From Candidatus Pacearchaeota archaeon (GTDB lineage: Archaea > Nanobdellota > Nanobdellia > Pacearchaeales > GW2011-AR1): DNA of 64,000 nucleotides. The stretch's first letter is position 1. Each line of letters begins with the position of its first letter. The notes below the pieces were generated by a model that was not told where the DNA came from, ran no database searches, and saw nothing but the letters and a program-made list of their open reading frames with translations. The DNA lies in contig JAFCDA010000001.1 of the NCBI GenBank assembly GCA_017609915.1, forward strand, positions 5,033 to 69,032, given 5' to 3'. Positions 9,414 through 17,823 of the stretch are shown one piece after another. Made by a program: the position numbers and the translations under genes.

Positions 9414-10829
9414 ATGGCTAATAAAATAAGGAAACTCATCATTATTGGGATAGATGGGGGGACCTTTAATGTTTTAAATCCTTTATTCCAAAAAGGGTTA
9501 TTGCCTAATTTAAACAAATTTAAGAATAAACTAATACTTGAATCAACAATTCCTCCTGGAACTGCTGTTTCTTGGGCAAGTTTCTCAACAGGAAATCTAC
9601 CTGATAAAACAAATATTTATGATTTTACAATTGTTAGTGAAAATTCTTGGAAAATAAATTTTGTTAATAGGAAAATAGCTAAAGGTAAAAAATTATGGAA
9701 CTATCTTGATGAGGCAGGATTAAAAAGCTGTTTTATTAATCTTCCTTTGACTTATCCTGTTGAGGAAATAAATGGGGTTATGATTTCTGGAATTGATACA
9801 CCAAGCAAATTAAGCAATTATACTTATCCTAAAGAGATTAAAGAAGAATTAAATAAAATAGGATACGAAATAGAAGTTTCTGGTTTAAAAGAAAAATCAG
9901 AAGTAAGTGATGAAGCACTTGCAGTTTTGGATAAAAGAATAATAATTGCAAGGAAATTTTTAAAAGAAAACTTTGATTTTTTTATTGTTTTATTTAGAGG
10001 AAGTGATGTTGTTCAACATTATGCTTGGGGAGAAAATCAAGTTGAAGATGCTTACAAAAAAATAGATAAATTTATTGGAGAGGTTCAAGATTATTGTGGA
10101 AAAAATAATGCTGACTTAATGGTTATATCAGATCATGGTGAAGAAAAAGTCAATAAAGCTTTTAATATAAATTCTTGGTTAGAAAAAGAAGGATATCTTA
10201 AAACTCATATAAAGAAAAAGAATGTTCTTTCTTATCTTGGAGTTAATAGGGAAAGAATTTTCAAAATTTTAGAAAAATTACAATTACAATTTTTAGTAAG
10301 AGTTATTCCAAGAAATATTGGTAAAAAAATACCTACAAAACAAATTAATTTTGAAGAAGCAATAATTACTAAACAAATAGATTTTAATCAAACAAAAGCC
10401 ATTGCTAAACGAGCTGTTAAAACAGCACAAATTTTCATAAGTAGTGAAAAAAGAAAAGGAATTGTTAAGAAAGAGGAAATAAAAGAACTTAAACAAGAAA
10501 TTAAGAACAAATTAAAAAGATTTTTTGAAAAAGAAAAATTAGATGTTATAATTAAGACTAAAGAAGAATTATATCCAAATAGTGAAAATTTTGCTCCAGA
10601 TATTAATTTATATTTTAAAGAAAAAGGTTATGATATCACTGCTTCTTTTTCATCAAATAAGGGCTTATGGAATAATCCTCGAGAAAAAGCAACTCATAAT
10701 AGTGAAGGAATTTTATTTACAGATATAAATATAAAATCAAAATCCCAAAAAATTATTGATTTAGCACCTACAATTTTGAAATATTTTAATATAAAAAAGA
10801 AAAATTTTGATGGAGAAAGTTTAATTTAA
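9414..10829 (+). CDS. alkaline-phosphatase superfamily protein (type I phosphodiesterase/nucleotide pyrophosphatase-like)
   Basis: IIIGIDGGTF, PPGTAVSWASFSTG, ISDHGE motifs. Confidence 0.7.
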   Translation: MANKIRKLIIIGIDGGTFNVLNPLFQKGLLPNLNKFKNKLILESTIPPGTAVSWASFSTGNLPDKTNIYDFTIVSENSWKINFVNRKIAKGKKLWNYLDEAGLKSCFINLPLTYPVEEINGVMISGIDTPSKLSNYTYPKEIKEELNKIGYEIEVSGLKEKSEVSDEALAVLDKRIIIARKFLKENFDFFIVLFRGSDVVQHYAWGENQVEDAYKKIDKFIGEVQDYCGKNNADLMVISDHGEEKVNKAFNINSWLEKEGYLKTHIKKKNVLSYLGVNRERIFKILEKLQLQFLVRVIPRNIGKKIPTKQINFEEAIITKQIDFNQTKAIAKRAVKTAQIFISSEKRKGIVKKEEIKELKQEIKNKLKRFFEKEKLDVIIKTKEELYPNSENFAPDINLYFKEKGYDITASFSSNKGLWNNPREKATHNSEGILFTDINIKSKSQKIIDLAPTILKYFNIKKKNFDGESLI

Positions 10830-10830
10830 A

Positions 10831-11592
10831 CTAAGTATATCCTAAATCTCTTAGTCTTTGCATGATTTCTTCTCTTACTATTCCTCTTCCAGCCCTTTCA
10901 TGGGCATTTGGATCATCATTTATCTCAGTACAATGGGTACATCCCAAAGAAGTATATCCTTTAGCATAAAGGGGATTACATTTTATATCAAATTCTTTAA
11001 CATAATTTAAAACATCTTCCTGTGTCCAAAATAATAAAGGATGAATTCTAAAATGTGTATCTCTTGGTGAAACAATTGTTTCTTTTGCTCTTTCTTCATG
11101 TTCTACTCCTCTAATTCCTGCCATAAATGCTGATAATTTCAAATCTTCAATAGCTTTTTTTAAAGGAGCGATTTTATGATATCCACAACAGATTTCAGTA
11201 AAATCTGGGGTTTTCCATCCAAATTTTTCTTTTATACTTTCTAATCTATTTTCAGGAGCTTTAACTTCATGGAAATTAGTTAATCCCCATCCCTTGATAA
11301 TTTCATCAATATACTTGTAAGTTTCTTCAAATTGATGTTGAGTATTAACAAAAATTATTGGTAAATCTTTAGGGATTATTGGTAAAGCTACATGCAATAA
11401 AACAACACTATCTGTTCCACCACTAAACCCTAACCCTGTAGTAGGATATCTTTCAATAGTTTCTCTTATTATTTCTTGAGATTTTCTTATTTTTTTATGC
11501 AAAGGCAATTCTGTAAGTTTTTTAATTTCTTCACTCATTAAATCTATACATCTTTGAGTTCTATTAGCTTTTGTATATTTTTCATCTACCAT
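10831..11592 (-). CDS. PAPS reductase / CysD-fold (PP-loop) protein
   Basis: GLGFSGGTDSVVLLHV PP-loop and SLGCTHCT. C-terminal tail EEIMQRLRDLGYT. Confidence 0.75.
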   Translation of the reverse strand: MVDEKYTKANRTQRCIDLMSEEIKKLTELPLHKKIRKSQEIIRETIERYPTTGLGFSGGTDSVVLLHVALPIIPKDLPIIFVNTQHQFEETYKYIDEIIKGWGLTNFHEVKAPENRLESIKEKFGWKTPDFTEICCGYHKIAPLKKAIEDLKLSAFMAGIRGVEHEERAKETIVSPRDTHFRIHPLLFWTQEDVLNYVKEFDIKCNPLYAKGYTSLGCTHCTEINDDPNAHERAGRGIVREEIMQRLRDLGYT

Positions 11593-11665
11593 TTTTTTAT
11601 TGATTAGATTTAATTAAATATAATGACTATTTAAAGATTATTATGTTTAGATATAGATGAATCAT

Positions 11666-12874
11666 CTATTCTAAAAATTTCATAAGGTAACTATCTCCAG
11701 AATAAATATTAATAGATTCTTCAGGGTCTTTTTCTAAATCATATTCTTCTATTTTCTCATGATGGCTTGCCTTACACAAATTACAAAAATTATTTTTTGC
11801 TAAAATTAATTTTCTGTTTTTGGTTCTTACAGTTTTAATATCTTCACAAAGCCCATCAAATGAAAAAATCTTATCCCTAATTGGCTGATTAGTTTTTATT
11901 AAAGGTAAAAAAGATTTTCCATCAAATTCTTCTTGTGTTTCTAATTGAAGATAATCTAAAATACTTGGGACAATATCAATGTCTTGAACAAATTCTGTTA
12001 TTTTTTTAGATTCAAGTCCTGGAAAATGCATTACAGAGGGAATATGTATTGAATCTTCATATAATCCTGAAGAACTAAAATAAATTCCCTGCTCTGTTAA
12101 ATTTGTTCCATGATCTCCTACAATTATTAATATAGTGTCTTCCCATAAATTTTGTTCTATTAAAACCTCTTTAATCCTTTTTATTTCATTATCTATATCT
12201 TTTATTGAAGTGTCATATTTATTTATCATATCTTGGATAGTGTAAAGTTTTTTTCCTTCAATTCTCTTTTTCAAATATTCTCTCTGACTTTCATCTTTAA
12301 TATTTTCTAATGTTTTTTGAAAATCTGTTTCATTATTTTCTGATTCATATTTTGTATTTGGAAAAGGAAAATGAGTATCCCATATATGCATAAACAAGAA
12401 AAAAGACTTGTCTGTGTTTTGATTTTCTTTTATTTTAGAAATAGCTAAATCTGTCATTTCGTTTATTGGAGCAAATGGTGCTGGAGATTTTTTAAAATCA
12501 AAATTTTCTCCTTCCCCATAATAATTAAATCCTCGTTTAAACCAAAGTCCAATCCAATCTACACAAATTGTCTCATATCCTTTATTTTTCAAATATTCAG
12601 GAAACCAGAATTTTACTTTTTGAACTTTATCAATTTCTTCTTGCTTAGTATATGGGAGTTGATGAATTACTCCATGATTATTTGGATATTTTCCAGTAAA
12701 TATAGAGCTTAATGCAGGAGCAGTAGAATTTGATGCTGAAAAATAATTATCAAACCAGAGATTTTCTTTTGCAATTTCTTTTATGTTTTTATCTGTTTCC
12801 TTATGATAACCATATAAACTTAGATTTTTTCTTCTAAAAGCATCTACAAGGATGATAATTATATTCTTTTTCAT
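11666..12874 (-). CDS. sulfatase-like hydrolase/transferase (alkaline-phosphatase superfamily)
   Basis: IIILVDAFRRKNLSLYGY and VGDHG. The nucleophile region SNSTAPALSS lacks the CxPxR formylglycine motif, so it is probably a Ser/Thr-nucleophile transferase type. Confidence 0.7.
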   Translation of the reverse strand: MKKNIIIILVDAFRRKNLSLYGYHKETDKNIKEIAKENLWFDNYFSASNSTAPALSSIFTGKYPNNHGVIHQLPYTKQEEIDKVQKVKFWFPEYLKNKGYETICVDWIGLWFKRGFNYYGEGENFDFKKSPAPFAPINEMTDLAISKIKENQNTDKSFFLFMHIWDTHFPFPNTKYESENNETDFQKTLENIKDESQREYLKKRIEGKKLYTIQDMINKYDTSIKDIDNEIKRIKEVLIEQNLWEDTILIIVGDHGTNLTEQGIYFSSSGLYEDSIHIPSVMHFPGLESKKITEFVQDIDIVPSILDYLQLETQEEFDGKSFLPLIKTNQPIRDKIFSFDGLCEDIKTVRTKNRKLILAKNNFCNLCKASHHEKIEEYDLEKDPEESINIYSGDSYLMKFLE

Positions 12875-12922
12875 TTTACTTAATTAAATTTAATTACTGT
12901 ATTTAAAGATTTATGAGTAAAA

Positions 12923-13150
12923 CTAGTCTAAATAACCTAGGGCTTTTAATCTCTTTCTTATTGCCTCTTCTTCTTCCTTAGAAAATCCTTCTCCTTTAGT
13001 TTCTGGAGATTCAGATAATAATTGCCTTAAAATAAAGGTCACATATGCTGAAGGAGAATGCATCCCAGTTCCTTTTATCTTTTCTTTTATTTTATCTACT
13101 AATTGGGTTGGTAGAGAGATTGTACTAAATTTTGATTTTTTATTTTTCAT
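12923..13150 (-). CDS. ribbon-helix-helix (CopG/Arc-like) protein with RLKALGYLD tail
   Basis: FSTISLPTQLVDKIKEKI (beta strand plus helix) is typical of RHH. C-terminus is EEEEAIRKRLKALGYLD. Confidence 0.55.
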   Translation of the reverse strand: MKNKKSKFSTISLPTQLVDKIKEKIKGTGMHSPSAYVTFILRQLLSESPETKGEGFSKEEEEAIRKRLKALGYLD

Positions 13151-13197
13151 AATTTACTTAAGAATATAGAGATTTTAAAACTTTCTTAATTAAGCAT

Positions 13198-13211
13198 ATC
13201 TTTAAAAATAT
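13198..13211 (+). promoter_or_regulatory. putative TATA box for small acidic ORF
   Basis: atctttaaaaatat lies ~20-30 nt upstream of the ATG at 13230, consistent with a leaderless or short-leader archaeal mRNA. Confidence 0.35.
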
Positions 13212-13229
13212 GAGGTAGATTTAATTAAT

Positions 13230-13346
13230 ATGACTGAAGAAAACAATAATGAAGATAATAAAGATAAAGAAGAAGATAATGCATATACTCCTGAAGAAGA
13301 ATTAGAAGTAAAAAAAAGACTTGAGAGCTTGGGGTATTTGGATTAA
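13230..13346 (+). CDS. 38-aa highly acidic peptide ending RLESLGYLD (not in ORF track)
   Basis: MTEENNNEDNKDKEEDNAYTPEEELEVKKRLESLGYLD. The tail is conserved at protein level with the two neighbours, but the DNA has diverged. Confidence 0.35.
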   Translation: MTEENNNEDNKDKEEDNAYTPEEELEVKKRLESLGYLD

Positions 13347-13442
13347 ATATAACTTTCTTAGTGTCTCTAATCATAATTAGGACTTAAACTTCTCTTCTTT
13401 AAAGCATTATATTTTATAATATATAGATTAGAATTTTGGTTT

Positions 13443-15155
13443 TCACATTCTCTTTTTTAACAAATTGTCTCTGATTAATAAATAATTTCTTCTCAAAAAA
13501 TCTAATTTTTCATAATGATAAACTTCTATTTTGTATAAAAAACTTGTAATCCAAAACTGCATTCCGCATTTTCTACATGGCAACATAAATTGGTAACGAA
13601 ATTTGTTTTTAATTAAACAATTTTCATACTGAATTTTTTCATGGCAAAAAGGACATTTAACCTTAACCCTGTATCTATCTTTATTTGTTTTTTTAATTTT
13701 GAGGGGAATAACATAACGAGCATATTTTCTTCTTGCATCTACTATATCTTTTTTTAATTTCAGAATTTCATTATCTGTCATTTTATCAGTCATATTTATC
13801 CAATTAGTATGGGCTATTTTGTTTTTAATAAAAGATAATTTATCTTTAATAATTCCTTTTTTAATACAATGGTGATAAATAGCACTTCCAGGATATGGTT
13901 GAATAAATCCTATTCTAATTGAAGAATCTAAAGGAATATAACCAATGCCTTTTGTTATTTTTTTCCAATAATTAAGAGTTTTATAAGCAGTTTCTTTTGT
14001 TTCAGCAACATCTCCAAAAATAAAATTTCCTTGAATACCTATACCTACTTCTCTTGAAAGTTTTATAACATTATCAATTTGTTGAGGGGTTATTGGTTTT
14101 TTCATACTTTTAAGTACTTTTTCACTATAACTTTCAAAACCAAAACCAACAACAGTACATCCTGCATCTTTTAATGTTTTTAATAATTTTTTATCTACTC
14201 CAGCCACTACTAGTTGACAAGTCCATTTAATTTTCCAAGGTGTGTTTTTAATAAGTTTTTTTATTTTTTTACAAAACTCATATACTCTTTCTTTATTAAC
14301 TGAAAATAAATCATCATAAATTTCAATAGCATTGATTTTATATTTTTTTATTGCTATTTCAAGTTCTTTAATAACTGAATCAATTTGCCTTTCCCTATAT
14401 TTTCTTCCAATACTATGATAACAAAAAGTGCATTGAAAAGCACACCCTCTGCTGGCAAGTATTGGGTAAGACCTTGGATAATCAAATTCTCCATAGAGAA
14501 AATAAGAATTACTTTGATTTTTTAATTTTTCTTCATATCCAAATCCTTCAAAATCTGGCAAAGGCAAGGAATCTAAATCCATTATAAGCTCTCTTGGTTT
14601 TGTGAAAAAAGGTTTTTTATTTTTTGGTTTTGTGAAAAAAGGTTTTTTATTTTTTATATAACCTATTCCATTTATTTTGCTTAAGTTTCTTTTTTTTTCT
14701 AAACATTTTAATAACTCGATTATTGTTGTTTCTCCTTCACCAACTACTACAAAATCTGGGTGTAATGATTTAAGCATTAATTCTGGTTCGCTTGTTATTA
14801 ATGCTCCTCCCACAATAGTTTTTGGTTTAGAAGGATGATTTTTAGCTGCTTTTAATATTTTCTCTATTACCACATAACCTATTCCAGTATGTCCTGAACA
14901 AACAATATCATATTTCTTTTTATTTAATTGTCGAAAAACTAATTCTTCTGTTTTTCCATTTAAATGATTTAAATTTAGGCAATCTACATCATATTTTGCT
15001 TTTTTTAAAACAGCAGAAATATAACCCAATCCTAAAGGAAAATTATACTGATAATTTGTTTTATTGCTCAAATTATATCTTGGAATTACAAGCAATATTT
15101 TCATATTTTCTTTTGTATTTTTTTTAGTGTGTTTTATTAATTTTTGTTTTATCAT
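13443..15155 (-). CDS. B12-binding-domain radical SAM protein (2 of 3) with C-terminal zinc-ribbon extension
   Basis: N-terminal B12-like domain (VVGEGE), CAFQCTFC cluster motif, C-terminal CPFC...CRKC. 570 aa. Confidence 0.8.
   Translation of the reverse strand: MIKQKLIKHTKKNTKENMKILLVIPRYNLSNKTNYQYNFPLGLGYISAVLKKAKYDVDCLNLNHLNGKTEELVFRQLNKKKYDIVCSGHTGIGYVVIEKILKAAKNHPSKPKTIVGGALITSEPELMLKSLHPDFVVVGEGETTIIELLKCLEKKRNLSKINGIGYIKNKKPFFTKPKNKKPFFTKPRELIMDLDSLPLPDFEGFGYEEKLKNQSNSYFLYGEFDYPRSYPILASRGCAFQCTFCYHSIGRKYRERQIDSVIKELEIAIKKYKINAIEIYDDLFSVNKERVYEFCKKIKKLIKNTPWKIKWTCQLVVAGVDKKLLKTLKDAGCTVVGFGFESYSEKVLKSMKKPITPQQIDNVIKLSREVGIGIQGNFIFGDVAETKETAYKTLNYWKKITKGIGYIPLDSSIRIGFIQPYPGSAIYHHCIKKGIIKDKLSFIKNKIAHTNWINMTDKMTDNEILKLKKDIVDARRKYARYVIPLKIKKTNKDRYRVKVKCPFCHEKIQYENCLIKNKFRYQFMLPCRKCGMQFWITSFLYKIEVYHYEKLDFLRRNYLLIRDNLLKKRM
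14596..14655. repeat. perfect 30-bp tandem duplication inside CDS
   Basis: ggttttgtgaaaaaaggttttttatttttt x2. Encodes KNKKPFFTKP twice in the linker between the B12 and radical SAM domains. Confidence 0.9.
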
Positions 15156-15241
15156 TTTATTTAGTTTAATTTAGAATATTTAAGATTTATTAATGTATAA
15201 TCATACCTTATTGCCCCCATATTTCTAAGAATTTTACTGGT

Positions 15242-15728
15242 TCACTTTATAACTCTTAATTCAACATGAACTTGAGATACTAAACCACCAAAAAACAAAG
15301 CTAATTTTTCTCTAAGTGGTTTGAATATAAATTTTCCAATTCTTGTGGGTATTAATTCTAATTTGATTATCTCAAACTTTTTTTATTTTTTTATTTTATT
15401 TGGTCCTTCTACAAATACTTTAAATGTCGCATCTGAAAAATAATGTAAATGTTCCATATCATTAAAAGCTCCTTTACTATTATAATAGGGCACTTCAATA
15501 ATAATTACTGCATTTTGCTTACATATTCGATATAACTCATTTAATACTTTTTTGGTTTTAAATAAGATAATATTTGATTCATTAAAACATAATCATAACA
15601 ATCTGCATTTAAGGGATAAGGAAATTTATTAAAATCAAAGCTCTTGAAGATTTTTGGATTTTTTGTATATCTACATTATCCCATCCTTCTCTTATATCTG
15701 GCCCACATCCAAAATTAAGTTTTCTCAT
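15242..15728 (-). pseudogene. class I SAM-dependent methyltransferase pseudogene (frame broken 3 times)
   Basis: Minus strand reads MRKLNFGCGPDIREGWDNVDI / FDFNKFPYPLNADCYDYVLMNQILSYLK / VLNELYRICKQNAVIIIEVPYY... / FEIIKLELIPTR...VIK* in shifting frames. All breaks fall in poly-A runs. No ORF of 60 aa or more in the track here. Confidence 0.6.
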
Positions 15729-15813
15729 GATTATAATCACTTCTTATTTTAAAAATTTTTTAGAGTAAAAAGAACGCAATAATGTTTAAAAAGCTTCTTA
15801 TAAAATAAAGTAT

Positions 15814-16686
15814 ATGTTAAAAAGAATAAAAAAAAGAATAAAAAAAAGAATAAGAAAGATAATGAAAGGGTCTTTTTTACATCTAATATTTGAGTATAAA
15901 TGGTATCTTATCAATAGGGCGGCATTAAGAAGATTATTAAAAAAGAATTATAAAAAAAATTTCAAACAACTTCAACCTTCTTCAAAAGTTGCTATTCTTT
16001 TTTTAGGAACCAGGACATATGTTAATCTTTTTCCAAATTATTATAAAAATATAAAAAAATATTTTTTACCAAATATAAAAAAATATTTTTTTGTTTATAC
16101 AGACCAAGTAGATTATCCTTTTTTGTCAAAAAAAGATGTTATTGTTGTTCCTATTAAACATAGAAAATATCCTTTGCCTATGCTTTATACATTTAAATCA
16201 ATAAATAAAGCAGCTGATAAATTAAAAAAATATGACCATATAATCTGGTTTGATGCAGATATGATTGTCAATAGGGTGGTTAAAGAAGAAGAGTTTTTTT
16301 GCCATGATAAACAATTATTTGGGGTCAGACATCCAAATTTTTTAGCTAGAAAAGGAACTTTTGATAATAATCCTAAATCATTAGCTTATGTTCGACCTGA
16401 AGATAATTCTTCTATTTATTATCAAGCTTGTCTTTGGGGAGGTCAATCTAAACCTTTTCTTAAACTATTAAAAGAATTAGAAAAAAGAGTAGATATTGAC
16501 TTATCAAAGAATATTCGTTCAAGAATTTTAGATGAATCTTATTTAAATAAATATTTTATAGAAAAAAAAGATATCACACATGCATATGACCCAACCTATG
16601 CTTATCCTAAAAATCAACCTATTCCCCAACCTTTTAAAAAAAAGATTTTGCATGTTGATTTTAAAAAACATAAAATAATTAAGTGA
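15814..16686 (+). CDS. glycosyltransferase family 6 (ABO / alpha-1,3-Gal(NAc) transferase-like)
   Basis: HIIWFDADMIV (DxD), SSIYYQACLWGG and ILDESYLNKYF align by eye with vertebrate GT6 FCMDVDQVF, GDFYYHAAIFGG and WHDESHLNKYF. Confidence 0.75.
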   Translation: MLKRIKKRIKKRIRKIMKGSFLHLIFEYKWYLINRAALRRLLKKNYKKNFKQLQPSSKVAILFLGTRTYVNLFPNYYKNIKKYFLPNIKKYFFVYTDQVDYPFLSKKDVIVVPIKHRKYPLPMLYTFKSINKAADKLKKYDHIIWFDADMIVNRVVKEEEFFCHDKQLFGVRHPNFLARKGTFDNNPKSLAYVRPEDNSSIYYQACLWGGQSKPFLKLLKELEKRVDIDLSKNIRSRILDESYLNKYFIEKKDITHAYDPTYAYPKNQPIPQPFKKKILHVDFKKHKIIK

Positions 16687-16749
16687 TGTGGAATTTAATA
16701 CATATTTTAACTACATAAAAGCTTTTAAATTAAAAAGATAGTCAAAAAT

Positions 16750-17823
16750 ATGGAAGAGTATGAAAAAGAGTTTGAAAATAAAAAGATTCTTATTACTGGG
16801 GGTTTGGGTTTTATAGGAAGTAATTTAGCTCATAAATTAATTCAACTAAATCCTCAAAGAATAGTTGTTGTAGATTCTCTTATTCCAGAATGTGGAGGAA
16901 ATGAGCATAATTTAGATAAAATTAAAGAGGAAATTGATATTTTTAATGTAGATATAAGACAGACTAAAACAATGGATGCTATTATAAGATCATTAAAACC
17001 TGATTTTATATTTAATTTAGCAGGATTATTAAGTCATACAGAAAGTTTAAAAGATCCAAAAAAAGATGCAGAAATAAATGCATGGGCACAATACAATATA
17101 TTAGAACCTTGTAAAATAAATAAGAATAAAGTTAAAATAATTTATGCAGGAACCAGAGGACAATATGGAAAAGATATAAAAATAATGCCTATTACTGAGA
17201 ATTTATCTACTTTAAAACCTGCAGACCCTAATGGAATAAGTAAAAATTCAGGAGAACAAAGTTGTTTATTTTATGGTGAAAAATTTGAAAATATAAGTGT
17301 CTGTTCTTTGAGAATGACTAATACTTATGGTCCAAAACATCAAATGATTTCACCTAAACAAGGATTTTTAAATTGGTTTATAAGGTTAGCTATGGATAAT
17401 AAAGAAATTTCAGTTTATGAACCTGGAAGTCAATTAAGAGATTTTAATTATGTTGATGATGTTGTTAGAGCTTTATTAATGGCTATGGCTTCTAATAAAA
17501 CAAATAATGAGGTTTACAATCTAGGAAGTTGTTTAAATGATGGATATGAACTAAAAGAGTTATGTGGGAATATAATCTCAGTAAAAGATGTTGCAAAAAA
17601 GATAACTGAAATTTGTCATGAAGAACTTGGAGAGTCTGGCAAATTAATAATGATGCCTTATCCTGAAGAAATGAAAAAAATAGAAGTGGGAAATATTAAA
17701 ATGGACTTTACAAAATTTAATAGGGACACTGGTTGGAAGCCTTTAATTAATTTAGATGAAGGATTAAGAAAAACCATAAGATTTTACAATCAAAATAAAG
17801 AAAAATACTGGGGATTAAAATGA
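16750..17823 (+). CDS. extended-SDR NDP-sugar epimerase/dehydratase family protein (atypical active site)
   Basis: ILITGGLGFIGSNL (GxxGxxG) and RMTNTYGP. The expected PYxxSK reads PNGISK, i.e. Tyr to Asn. Confidence 0.7.
   Translation: MEEYEKEFENKKILITGGLGFIGSNLAHKLIQLNPQRIVVVDSLIPECGGNEHNLDKIKEEIDIFNVDIRQTKTMDAIIRSLKPDFIFNLAGLLSHTESLKDPKKDAEINAWAQYNILEPCKINKNKVKIIYAGTRGQYGKDIKIMPITENLSTLKPADPNGISKNSGEQSCLFYGEKFENISVCSLRMTNTYGPKHQMISPKQGFLNWFIRLAMDNKEISVYEPGSQLRDFNYVDDVVRALLMAMASNKTNNEVYNLGSCLNDGYELKELCGNIISVKDVAKKITEICHEELGESGKLIMMPYPEEMKKIEVGNIKMDFTKFNRDTGWKPLINLDEGLRKTIRFYNQNKEKYWGLK

Noticed and set aside
9308-9517. N-terminal 70-aa extension of the GT4 ORF (track start 9517)
   Set aside because: The extension overlaps the divergent gene at 9414 and precedes the canonical GT4 N-terminus MKIAHINMFY. 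The internal Met at 9307 fits better.
14596-14655. Possible CRISPR-like repeat
   Set aside because: There are only two directly abutting copies with no spacers, located inside a CDS. No other CRISPR-like arrays were seen in the window.
15814-15860. Triple aaaaagaataaaaaa DNA repeat as a regulatory element
   Set aside because: It lies within the GT6 ORF and encodes KRIKKRIKKRIRK. It is better explained as a coding low-complexity basic N-terminus.
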